Of a stretch of 64,000 bases of DNA, positions 55,871 through 64,000 are shown one piece after another. Source of the DNA: Candidatus Liptonbacteria bacterium (GTDB taxonomy: Bacteria; Patescibacteriota; Minisyncoccia; UBA6257; 2-01-FULL-56-20); contig JAHFLL010000001.1 in assembly GCA_023244895.1 (NCBI GenBank), forward strand, positions 489,802 through 553,801. Reading direction: 5' to 3'. The notes under the pieces were generated by a model. That model worked only from the letters and a program-made list of their open reading frames with translations, ran no database searches and was not told the DNA's origin. Made by a program: the position numbers and the translations under genes. Numbering within the stretch: the first letter of the stretch is position 1; each line of letters starts with the position of its first letter.

Positions 55871-56380
55871 TTAGACCGCCTTACGGTTGAAGTTACGACG
55901 GAAGAAGCCGGGCTTGGACGAAGCCGCCTTTTCCGAACTTTGTTCCGACTCTTTGGCTTCTTTCTTGCGGCGGGACTTGGACTTATCTTCGCTGGACTTC
56001 TTTTTCTTCTGCGCCATTATCTTGAAGCGGGAGTCTTTCTTCTCCGGCATATCCGCCAAGGTTAAAGTGATATGGCTCATCTTTTTCTGAATAGGGCTGG
56101 CCACGCCGCGGGCGCGAGGCAAGTGACGCTTCAACATTGGACCCTGGTCAACCTGAATGGATTCCACTTTTAAAGATTCCGGGTTGAGATGCTTTGTAGT
56201 CTGAGCCGCGCTAACTGCGGAACGCAAAAGCTTCAATATGGGTAAGGTAGCGCGACGACGCATCATTAAAAGTTGCGCTTCGGCTTCGTTTACCGAAAGA
56301 CCGCGGATAAGGTCCGCAATCGCGCGCACCTTGCGGGGCGCCATTCTCAAATATCTCAGTTTTACGGTTTGAGTGGTCAT
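55871..56380 (-). CDS. rplV: 50S ribosomal protein L22 with a Lys-rich C-terminal extension
   Basis: L22 core (RMAPRKVRAIADLIRG...). A roughly 50-aa K/S/E-rich tail follows. Confidence 0.9.
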   Translation of the reverse strand: MTTQTVKLRYLRMAPRKVRAIADLIRGLSVNEAEAQLLMMRRRATLPILKLLRSAVSAAQTTKHLNPESLKVESIQVDQGPMLKRHLPRARGVASPIQKKMSHITLTLADMPEKKDSRFKIMAQKKKKSSEDKSKSRRKKEAKESEQSSEKAASSKPGFFRRNFNRKAV

Positions 56381-56386
56381 GTCAGT

Positions 56387-56719
56387 TTATTTCTTGGCTG
56401 CGGGCGCGGCGGCAGCTGCGGGCGCGGCGGCAGCGGCTTGAGATTTTTGCTCCTGCTCCTTTTGCATTTTACCGCCATGTTTTATGAACTTGCGGGTTAA
56501 AGAAAACTCTCCCAAACGATGCCCCACCATGTCCTCCGTCACGCGAACCTCAATAAAGTCTTTGCCGTTATGAACAGCGAAAAGATAGCCAACCATTTCC
56601 GGAGAAATTTCGGAAGCGCGAGACCAAGTCTTGATAGCTCCACCGTCTGGCTTTTGCTTGGAAACTTTTTTGAGAATGTTCGGATCCACGAACGGACCCT
56701 TTTTGGAACTTCTGCTCAT
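56387..56719 (-). CDS. rpsS: 30S ribosomal protein S19 with an Ala/Pro-rich C-terminal tail
   Basis: [18 protein letters not shown]...[13 protein letters not shown], followed by ...[17 protein letters not shown]. The tail is encoded by a tandem 18-nt repeat at about 56399-56436. Confidence 0.9.
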   Translation of the reverse strand: MSRSSKKGPFVDPNILKKVSKQKPDGGAIKTWSRASEISPEMVGYLFAVHNGKDFIEVRVTEDMVGHRLGEFSLTRKFIKHGGKMQKEQEQKSQAAAAAPAAAAAPAAKK

Positions 56720-56724
56720 GATTT

Positions 56725-57555
56725 TTAGCGTTTGGGACGACGTTTGGTAATAAACTTACTCGACCGGCGCTTGGGATCACGGGTCCTGTGGCCCCCGGTA
56801 ATCTTGCCCCAAAGCGTTTTGGGCTTGCGGGTACCACGCTGAGTGCGGCCTTCGCCACCACCATATGGATGATCCACCGGATTCATAACCGAACCGCGCA
56901 CGGTCGGGCGAACGCCCAGCCAACGCGAGCGACCGGCTTTTCCAAGATTAACCAGATTGTGCTCCGGATTGGAAACCTGACCAAGCGAAGCATAGCCCTC
57001 GGAAGAAACCCGGCGCAATTCGCCGGAAGACATTTTTATATCAGTGTAACCCTGCGCGTTACCCAAGACTTCCGCGTAGGAACCGGCGGAACGAGCCATC
57101 TGTCCGCCTTTGCCGACGTTCAATTCTATATTGTGAATCTGATAACCGATTGGAATATTTTTGAGTTGCATGCGATTACCGGGCTTGAAAGGCGCGGCAG
57201 GAGCTATTGCCAAAACATCTCCCTGTTTTACGCCGTGCGGAGCCAGGATGTAAGCCCGAGAGCCGTCACTGTAAACAATTTTCGCGATAAAAGCGGTGCG
57301 ATATGGATCGTATTCTAGAGTCTCCACGCGCGCGGACTGGTTAATCTTATTCTGTTTGAAATCAATCACGCGATAACGTCTCTTATTACCACCTCCCTGA
57401 TGACGCATGGTTATACGACCAGCGGAGTTGCGTCCGGCATGCTCTTTTAACTTGCGCAGAAGCGGCTTGTGGGGCTTAACCTTGCTTAACTCACCGTAAT
57501 GAATATTGGTTAAGTGGCGACGGGAAGGAGATGTGGGAGAATAAGACTTAATCAT
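56725..57555 (-). CDS. rplB: 50S ribosomal protein L2
   Basis: L2 core ([26 protein letters not shown]...[14 protein letters not shown]). Confidence 0.95.
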   Translation of the reverse strand: MIKSYSPTSPSRRHLTNIHYGELSKVKPHKPLLRKLKEHAGRNSAGRITMRHQGGGNKRRYRVIDFKQNKINQSARVETLEYDPYRTAFIAKIVYSDGSRAYILAPHGVKQGDVLAIAPAAPFKPGNRMQLKNIPIGYQIHNIELNVGKGGQMARSAGSYAEVLGNAQGYTDIKMSSGELRRVSSEGYASLGQVSNPEHNLVNLGKAGRSRWLGVRPTVRGSVMNPVDHPYGGGEGRTQRGTRKPKTLWGKITGGHRTRDPKRRSSKFITKRRPKR

Positions 57556-57559
57556 TTTT

Positions 57560-57838
57560 TTATCTGGCTAGGTCTATTTTTTGACCGGCCTTGAGCGTAA
57601 CGATTGCTTTCTTGTAGCCCGGCTTTTCGGACCTCATGCCACGATAGCGGCGGGACTTAGCGGGAATGTTTACGATATTAACCTCCGTAGCGTCTACCTG
57701 GTAAAGCTCTTTGACCATCTTTTTCATTTCGTTCTTGGTGGCGTTGTCCTTAACTAAAAACACGTACTTACCCTCTTCGTTCAAGCGAGTAGACTTTTCG
57801 GTTATCCAAGGCTTTTTAACTAAAAATGAGTCTTTCAT
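57560..57838 (-). CDS. rplW: 50S ribosomal protein L23
   Basis: YVFLVKDNATKNEMKKMVKELYQVDATEVNI. Confidence 0.9.
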   Translation of the reverse strand: MKDSFLVKKPWITEKSTRLNEEGKYVFLVKDNATKNEMKKMVKELYQVDATEVNIVNIPAKSRRYRGMRSEKPGYKKAIVTLKAGQKIDLAR

Positions 57839-57839
57839 G

Positions 57840-58481
57840 TTAGAAGGAGTAGTGCTTGGTTATAACCTCTACCGCCTTTTGGTCTACAAAAATATTCTTG
57901 TGATTCAAAATGTCATATACATTTAAGGAAGTCGCACCCAAAACTTTAGCCTTGGGCAAGTTGCGCGCGGCGCGAGAGATATTCTTGTTTTCCGTTTCCG
58001 GCACGAACAGTAAATCATATTTCAAAACTTTCTTGGCGGTGAAGAATGGCTTTAGATTTTTAGTCACAATCTTAGTTTTTGGCTCGGCAATGTTTAGAGT
58101 ATCAAAAAACTTAATCTCCCCATCCTTGAATTTGCGGGAAAGAACGGCCGCGAGCGCAGCCTTTTTCATTTTAGCGTTAACTTTCTGGCTATAGTCGCGT
58201 TCGTTGCGCGGACCATGCGCCTTGCCACCACCTACCCAAATAGGAGAACGGGTGGAGCCATGACGAGCGCGCCCAGTACCCTTCTGACGCCAAGGCTTCT
58301 TACCGCCACCGCGCACTTCGCTGCGGTCGCGCGCGTGCGCCCAGGGGCGACGCTTATTAGCCAACTGCGCCATAACAACCTGATTAACCAGAGCCTCATT
58401 CCAACGCTTGCCGAAAATACTGTCCGGCAACTCGATCGTGCCAACTTTACTATTTTCCCAGTTATACAAATCCGTCTTCAT
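57840..58481 (-). CDS. rplD: 50S ribosomal protein L4
   Basis: RRPWAHARDRSEVRGGGKKPWRQKGTGRARHGS. Confidence 0.9.
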   Translation of the reverse strand: MKTDLYNWENSKVGTIELPDSIFGKRWNEALVNQVVMAQLANKRRPWAHARDRSEVRGGGKKPWRQKGTGRARHGSTRSPIWVGGGKAHGPRNERDYSQKVNAKMKKAALAAVLSRKFKDGEIKFFDTLNIAEPKTKIVTKNLKPFFTAKKVLKYDLLFVPETENKNISRAARNLPKAKVLGATSLNVYDILNHKNIFVDQKAVEVITKHYSF

Positions 58482-58496
58482 ATCTAGAGTATAAAA

Positions 58497-59066
58497 TTAC
58501 TTAGACTTCTTGCTTCTGATTTTGACTATTTCTAAAAGTCCTCCGCGCGCGCCCGGCACCGCGCCACGCAACATAAGCAAACCCTTCTCCGCATCCACTT
58601 CCGCAACCATTAAATTACCAACCGTAACCCGTTCCGTGCCCATGTGGCCGGCCATGCGCCTGCCCGGGACAACTCTCTGAAAAGCGGTGCTTCCGATAGA
58701 ACCCGGCGCGCGGTGCCGATTCTTCTGACCATGAGTCTTGGGGCCTCCCGCGAAACCATGGCGCTTTACCACGCCCTGGAATCCGCGACCCTTGGTTAGA
58801 CCGGCGACGCGCACAATGTCTCCCGCCGAAAAAATATCAACCTTAACCTCGTCTCCAACTTTAAACTCACCCAGAGCCTCCACTCCGCGCGGGCGGAATT
58901 CTTTAGCTGTTTTGCCTAATTTGATTTGAACCGCCGCGTAGCCGTCTTTTTCTTTGGTACGCAAAATCGCCACCTTGTTGGCGGGTACAGAAATGATCGT
59001 GACCGGCAGGATTTTTTCACCTTGCCAGAGCTGATCCATCTTTACTTTTCTACCCAAGATCATCAT
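58497..59066 (-). CDS. rplC: 50S ribosomal protein L3
   Basis: LGRKVKMDQLWQGEKILPVTII...TKGRGFQGVVKRHGF. Confidence 0.9.
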   Translation of the reverse strand: MMILGRKVKMDQLWQGEKILPVTIISVPANKVAILRTKEKDGYAAVQIKLGKTAKEFRPRGVEALGEFKVGDEVKVDIFSAGDIVRVAGLTKGRGFQGVVKRHGFAGGPKTHGQKNRHRAPGSIGSTAFQRVVPGRRMAGHMGTERVTVGNLMVAEVDAEKGLLMLRGAVPGARGGLLEIVKIRSKKSK

Positions 59067-59381
59067 ATTTTTACTATTAAAAAATCGCCTAAGGCGCAGC
59101 CCGGCGATTCCGGTCCGTCCTTGTGAAGCGCCCCCTTATGTTTCGTCTCTCTGGGCACCCATTAAAGCGACCGGGATATGATAGTTTAAAAATAGGTTTG
59201 TGTCAACCCCGTAGCGACCCGTGCAGTTTTTTCTGTTTTGACATCTTGAATATAAAAATTTATGCGGTAGATAATAATGTAAATAACGAACATAGACCTA
59301 CTGCCGGGTCTAGTACGGGGTCAATATTTAACTGGGAATAAACGACGAGCGGCTCCGGGGATGACCCACGGAGCCGCTGAC

Positions 59382-59693
59382 TCATGCCGCTCGCTGAAGA
59401 CGTGTCCGCAGAAGCCTATACGCGTCCAGCTCCTTGTAGTACGGACTGTCCTCTTCTCCTGGCCGGGTTGCTCTCTCCCCTTTCACTTGGCAAATCGGGA
59501 TGCCACACAGGACATCCTTGGGAGCACCGTCCACCACGACCGTTATCGTGGCTTCGACGGCTCCAACCAAACACGCCATAGCTTCCAGATCGCTATCGCT
59601 AGCTACCTGGACAAGCTCGTTCCGTCGCTGGACGAACTCCGCTTCCGAGATCTTGCCTTGCCCACGCGAGAGCAGTAGGTCAAACCAGTTCAT
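59382..59693 (-). CDS. Hypothetical small protein inserted between rpsJ and rplC
   Basis: The ORF is preceded by AGGAGG 5 nt before MNWFDLLLSRGQGK... It encodes about 104 aa. The track lists a longer form, 59382..59738. The sequence looks more GC-rich than its flanks by eye. Confidence 0.35.
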   Translation of the reverse strand: MNWFDLLLSRGQGKISEAEFVQRRNELVQVASDSDLEAMACLVGAVEATITVVVDGAPKDVLCGIPICQVKGERATRPGEEDSPYYKELDAYRLLRTRLQRAA

Positions 59694-59751
59694 GGGACCT
59701 CCTACCGGGCAGATTAGCACCCGGGAACTTTTTTGCAAATCAGAAAAACTT

Positions 59752-59773
59752 AAAACCCCCTTACGGGGGCTTT
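59752..59773 (-). terminator. Terminator-like GC hairpin immediately downstream of rpsJ
   Basis: aaaaccccc-ttac-gggggcttt. On the minus strand it reads GCCCCCGTAAGGGGGTTTTAAGTTTTT. Confidence 0.4.
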
Positions 59774-59805
59774 AAGCGTCTAACTTCTAGATTCTATCTT
59801 CTGCC

Positions 59806-60138
59806 CTATACTATCTTTATTTCAATATCCACCCCTGCTGGCAGATTCAGATTAGACAGAGACTCAATGATTTTCTGATTGGGATTCAGGATATCTATCA
59901 GGCGCTTGTGCACCCTAAGCTCAAACTGTTCCCTGGAATTCTTGTCAATAAAAGTAGAGCGGTTGACCGTGTACTTTTTGACTTCGGTCGGCAAGGGAAT
60001 CGGACCCACAACCTTGGCATCGTTTCTTTCCGCGGTTTCAATAATCTGACGCGCGGAATTATCGATGAGCTTATGGTCGTAAGCGCGAATCCTTAGCCTT
60101 ATCTTTTGAGGAACTTCCTGATCCTTCTTCTTAACCAT
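59806..60138 (-). CDS. rpsJ: 30S ribosomal protein S10
   Basis: [26 protein letters not shown]...[20 protein letters not shown]. Confidence 0.9.
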   Translation of the reverse strand: MVKKKDQEVPQKIRLRIRAYDHKLIDNSARQIIETAERNDAKVVGPIPLPTEVKKYTVNRSTFIDKNSREQFELRVHKRLIDILNPNQKIIESLSNLNLPAGVDIEIKIV

Positions 60139-61338
60139 TTACTTGTTGATTTTAGTGACTACGCCCGCGCCTACAGTCTTGCCACCTTCACGGATGGCGA
60201 AGCGCTGCTTCTCTTCCAGCGCGACCGGAGTGATGAGCTTGACGCCCAACTTCACGGTATCACCCGGCATAACCATCTCGGTGCCTTCCGGTAGGAAGAC
60301 CTCGCCGGTCACGTCCGTGGTGCGGATGTAGAATTGCGGCTTATAGCCTTTAAAGAACGGGGTATGTCGACCGCCTTCCTCCTTGGAAAGGACGTATACT
60401 TCACAGTCAAACTCGGCGTGAGGCGTAACGGATCCCGGCTTAGCCAAGACCTGACCGCGCTCCACATCTTCTTTCTTCAAGCCACGCAGAAGGGCGCCGA
60501 CGTTGTCGCCAGCCTGACCTTCGTCCAAAAGCTTGTTGAACATTTCAATACCGGTTACGACGGTTTTCGCAGTTGGGCGCAAACCTACGATTTCAATTTC
60601 CTCGTTAACCTTAACTCTGCCGCGCTCCACGCGACCAGTCACAACGGTGCCACGTCCTTCAATCGAGAAGATATCTTCAATCGGCATCAGGAACGGCTTC
60701 TCTAGTTCGCGAACCGGGTCCGGGATGTAGGTGTCCAAAGCGGTCATCAAATCAATGATGCACTTTGCATCCGGATCATCCGCAGACTTGGCATTTAAGG
60801 CCTTGAGCGCGGAACCACGGATAACCGGGGCGTTGTCGCCGTCAAACTCATATTTCTTAAGCAACTCACGAACCTCGGTCTCTACTAAGTCAATCAGTTC
60901 CGGGTCGTCCACCATATCGCACTTATTAAGGAACACAATCATATTCGGAACACCTACCTGGTGAGCCAAGAGCACGTGCTCGCGAGTCTGAGGCATAGGA
61001 CCATCCGTCGCGGCAACCACCAAAATCGCACCGTCCATCTGAGCGGCGCCAGTAATCATGTTCTTGATGTAGTCCGCGTGTCCTGGAGCATCGATGTGCG
61101 CATAGTGGCGCTTGTCGGACTCATACTCGGAGTGATGCAAAGCAATCGTGATTCCACGTGCTTTTTCTTCCGGCGCATTGTCAATCTGGTCTACGCCTTC
61201 CGACTTCTTGGCTAAACCCCTCATGAATTGAACGCTCGTAATAGCCGCAGTCAAAGTCGTTTTGCCATGGTCAACGTGACCGATAGTACCAACATTTACG
61301 TGCGGCTTGCTTCTGCTAAACTTTTCTTTTTCTGCCAT
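60139..61338 (-). CDS. tuf: Elongation factor Tu
   Basis: [18 protein letters not shown] and NKCD G-motifs are present. It is 399 aa. Confidence 0.95.
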   Translation of the reverse strand: MAEKEKFSRSKPHVNVGTIGHVDHGKTTLTAAITSVQFMRGLAKKSEGVDQIDNAPEEKARGITIALHHSEYESDKRHYAHIDAPGHADYIKNMITGAAQMDGAILVVAATDGPMPQTREHVLLAHQVGVPNMIVFLNKCDMVDDPELIDLVETEVRELLKKYEFDGDNAPVIRGSALKALNAKSADDPDAKCIIDLMTALDTYIPDPVRELEKPFLMPIEDIFSIEGRGTVVTGRVERGRVKVNEEIEIVGLRPTAKTVVTGIEMFNKLLDEGQAGDNVGALLRGLKKEDVERGQVLAKPGSVTPHAEFDCEVYVLSKEEGGRHTPFFKGYKPQFYIRTTDVTGEVFLPEGTEMVMPGDTVKLGVKLITPVALEEKQRFAIREGGKTVGAGVVTKINK

Positions 61339-61401
61339 TTTAGAAATTAAAAAACTGCTTCGACGTTTTGTTTATTTTTTATATACCAACGATACCGATA
61401 A

Positions 61402-61429
61402 ATTGTAGCGAAAACCTGCACAAAGTCAA
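61402..61429 (-). promoter_or_regulatory. Near-consensus sigma-70 promoter upstream of tuf
   Basis: On the minus strand the element reads TTGACT, then 16 nt, then TACAAT. It lies about 65-90 nt upstream of the tuf ATG. Confidence 0.4.
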
Positions 61430-61507
61430 CCCCCATGCTAAATAAGCCGTAAGATACGCTCACCCTCTTTGATGCGAGGGTCGCAATCTTAAGCTCCAAA
61501 ATCTGTT

Positions 61508-61906
61508 TTAGGAGTTCGTCATCCGAGCACGAATCAACTTTTCAACCGCGTACGGGTCCTTAATGCCCCGGAAAATTATTTCCGCTTCGGGCGAACCGGC
61601 GGAGCTCACATAAATTGTGCCTAAGCCCAAGACGCGCTCTATCACGCCTTGACTCACTTTCAGATCTTGTATTTTTAGGTACTCGATAAAGGCCTGACCC
61701 GTAGAGATAAAGCGCAAGCTCTTTTCCACTCCCTTCTCCCCTAGCGTCATAGTTTCCGCTCTACGGGAAAGCTCGCTAATAGCAAGCATAATTATACCCA
61801 ACAATGGATACCAATAGTTATAAGCGAATCCCAGACAGAAAACCAAAAAACTCAGGGCGTAGTAGCCAAGATAAGAGAGCGGATGAGGATGCCAAGACTG
61901 CGGCAT
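61508..61906 (-). CDS. Membrane protein with a bacterial PH (bPH_2/YdbS-like) domain
   Basis: Two TM helices are followed by ...TLGEKGVEKSLRFISTGQAFIEYLKIQDL...IYVSSAGSPEAEIIFRGIKDP, which resembles DUF304/bPH_2. Confidence 0.5.
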   Translation of the reverse strand: MPQSWHPHPLSYLGYYALSFLVFCLGFAYNYWYPLLGIIMLAISELSRRAETMTLGEKGVEKSLRFISTGQAFIEYLKIQDLKVSQGVIERVLGLGTIYVSSAGSPEAEIIFRGIKDPYAVEKLIRARMTNS

Positions 61907-61929
61907 GTCTCTATTTTAGCACACGAGTA

Positions 61930-64000
61930 TTATTTCTTCTTACCCTCTATAATCTGCTGTTCCACATTCCTGGGGGCAGGAGTGTATTCGCTAAACTCCA
62001 TCGTAAAGCTTCCCCGGCCCTGAGTCATAGAGCGTAATTGGGTCGCATAACCGAACATTTCTGAAAGCGGAACCTGTGCGTCAATAACTTTGATGTTGGT
62101 GCGGTCGGAGATGTTCTCAATCTTACCGCGGCGGGAATTCAAATCGCCCGTGACCGTACCCTGAAACTCGGTTGGAATCAAAACCTGCACCTTCATAATT
62201 GGCTCCAAAACTACCGGCTTGGCCTGACGAGCGGCTTCTTGAAAAGCCATTGAGCCCGCGATTTTGAAAGCCGCTTCGGAAGAGTCTACTTCGTGATAGG
62301 AACCGTCAAAAAGAGCAACTTCTATGTCTACCATGGGGTAACCGGCCACCACGCCTTTATCCATCGCTTCTTTAACACCCTTACCGGTCGGAGCAATAAA
62401 TTCCTTGGGGACCGAGCCTCCCTTAATTTCATCCAAAAATTCATAACCAGACCCACGTTCCCGCGGTTTAATTCTCAACCAAACGTGCCCGTACTGACCA
62501 CGTCCGCCAGACTGACGGATGTACTTACCCTCCGCTTCCGCACCGATAGTAATAGTTTCTTTATAGGCAACCTGCGGGCGGCCAACATTCGCGTCCACGC
62601 TAAATTCGCGCTTCATACGGTCCACGATAATATCCAAATGCAACTCACCCATACCTTCAATAATGGTTTCACCTGTATCTATATCTCCCCTCACCCGGAA
62701 GGTTGGGTCCTCGTCCGCCAAACGATGCAAAGCCACGCCCATTTTTTCCTGGTCGGCTTTGGTTTTAGGCTCAATGCGAATTCCAATAACTGGCTCCGGA
62801 AAAGTAATCTGCTCCAAAACTATCGGTTTGTCTATGTCGCACAAAGTGTCTCCGGTTGTGGTGTCTTTCAGACCTACAATGGCGGCGATTTCTCCCGCGT
62901 ATATCTCCTCCACTTCTTCTCTCTGGTTAGCATGCATACGCACTAAACGGCCGATTCTTTCCTGCTCGCCCTTGATGGAGTTGTAGACATAAGAACCACG
63001 CTTTAACGTGCCGGCGTAAACCCGGTAGAAAGTTAAAGCACCGACATAGGGGTCGGTTGCAACCTTAAAGGCCAAACCGGTCAAAGGTTCGCTGTCTTCC
63101 GGCTTGCGGGTTATTTCCTCTCCAGTCTTGGGATCGGTGCCCTTGGTGGGTGGTATATCTAAGGGCGAGGGTAAATAATCCACCACCGCGTCCAACATGT
63201 ATTGCACGCCCTTGTTTTTTAAGGCGGAACCGCACATAACCGGAACGATTTTGTTGTCTATAACACCTTTACGCAAAACGCGCTTCAAATCTTCCAGGCC
63301 AATTTCCTGTCCTTCTAGATACTTGGACATGAGCGCGTCATCGTTCTCCACAATTTTCTCCACTAATTCATGACGATGCTTTTTCACGTCTTCCATCATG
63401 GAGTCCGGTATTGGAATCTCCACTATTTTTTCGCCATGCTCGCCCTGAAACTCAAAGGCCTGCATGCGCAGTAAATCTATAATCGCCTTAAAGTCCGCCT
63501 CCGCTCCGATTGGTAACTGTATCGCGACCGCGTTCGGGGTCAGGCGCTCCCGAATGGAACCGAAAGACTTTTCAAAATTCGCACCCATGCGATCCAATTT
63601 ATTAATAAAACAAACCCGCGGTACGTGATATTCGTCCGCGTAGTGCCAGTTGGTCTCGGACTGCGGCTCCACGCCTGCCACACCGTCGAAAACAACCACC
63701 GCGCCGTCCAAGACACGCAAGGAGCGCTTAACCTCCACCGTAAAGTCAATGTGTCCCGGGGTATCAATCAGGTTAATACGGATCTCCTTACTTTTATCTC
63801 CTTTCGCGTAGGTTGGAATCCAAAAAGCGGTCGTGGCGGCAGAGGTAATAGTAATACCGCGTTCGCGTTCCTGTTCCATCCAATCCATAACGGTGTCTCC
63901 GGTGTGCACTTCTCCAATCTTATGAGAAACGCCCGTATAGAAAAGCACGCGCTCCGAGACGGTTGTCTTACCCGCGTCAATATGGGCAATAATTCCGATG
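61930..64000 (-). CDS. fusA: Elongation factor G, N-terminus beyond the window end
   Basis: The frame stays open to the window end (…[32 protein letters not shown]). The EF-G domains II-V follow. Confidence 0.95.
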   Translation of the reverse strand, partial: IGIIAHIDAGKTTVSERVLFYTGVSHKIGEVHTGDTVMDWMEQERERGITITSAATTAFWIPTYAKGDKSKEIRINLIDTPGHIDFTVEVKRSLRVLDGAVVVFDGVAGVEPQSETNWHYADEYHVPRVCFINKLDRMGANFEKSFGSIRERLTPNAVAIQLPIGAEADFKAIIDLLRMQAFEFQGEHGEKIVEIPIPDSMMEDVKKHRHELVEKIVENDDALMSKYLEGQEIGLEDLKRVLRKGVIDNKIVPVMCGSALKNKGVQYMLDAVVDYLPSPLDIPPTKGTDPKTGEEITRKPEDSEPLTGLAFKVATDPYVGALTFYRVYAGTLKRGSYVYNSIKGEQERIGRLVRMHANQREEVEEIYAGEIAAIVGLKDTTTGDTLCDIDKPIVLEQITFPEPVIGIRIEPKTKADQEKMGVALHRLADEDPTFRVRGDIDTGETIIEGMGELHLDIIVDRMKREFSVDANVGRPQVAYKETITIGAEAEGKYIRQSGGRGQYGHVWLRIKPRERGSGYEFLDEIKGGSVPKEFIAPTGKGVKEAMDKGVVAGYPMVDIEVALFDGSYHEVDSSEAAFKIAGSMAFQEAARQAKPVVLEPIMKVQVLIPTEFQGTVTGDLNSRRGKIENISDRTNIKVIDAQVPLSEMFGYATQLRSMTQGRGSFTMEFSEYTPAPRNVEQQIIEGKKK

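Noticed and set aside
1-64000. CRISPR arrays, transposases and IS elements, phage or integrase genes
   Set aside because: I see no regularly spaced direct repeats, no DDE or serine/tyrosine recombinase motifs, and no phage structural genes. The only mobility-like signals are the tRNA-associated features reported above.

Overview
This window reads as a low-GC-to-moderate, gene-dense bacterial fragment that looks like a Candidate Phyla Radiation (Parcubacteria-like) genome; that placement is inference from gene content and operon layout, not a database hit. Nearly all genes lie on the minus strand. The right third (about 47.2-64 kb) is the conserved fusA-tuf-S10-spc-secY-adk-map ribosomal superoperon. 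In it S5 abuts L15 with no L30 gene, there are two tandem adenylate-kinase paralogs, and about 740 bp carrying a small GC-rich ORF and a hairpin sit between rpsJ and rplC. Elsewhere I find dnaE, ddl, lysS, greA, rplJ-rplL, rplU, rpmG, a MacAB/HlyD-type efflux operon, two ECF sigma factors, a sortase with two candidate substrates, several secreted repeat proteins, and four tRNAs. One tRNA, tRNA-Thr(GGU), is split by a 185-nt intervening sequence. It sits next to an HTH/LAGLIDADG-like ORF and a 16-nt direct repeat of its own 3' end. The most unusual content is a family of six paralogous cysteine-rich proteins of 567-598 aa, each framed by a duplicated C4 zinc-ribbon module. They are arranged as two tandem triplets on the minus strand, 1127-6459 and 38117-43345. 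Termini are conserved and cores diverge. A roughly 365-bp tract that is nearly identical between copies 33 kb apart points to recent gene conversion. The second triplet is bracketed by a NUDIX hydrolase, an HxGH nucleotidyltransferase and a DUF4406-like protein. I do not recognise this family, and it is my best candidate for an undescribed system. I saw no CRISPR array, transposase or phage genes.
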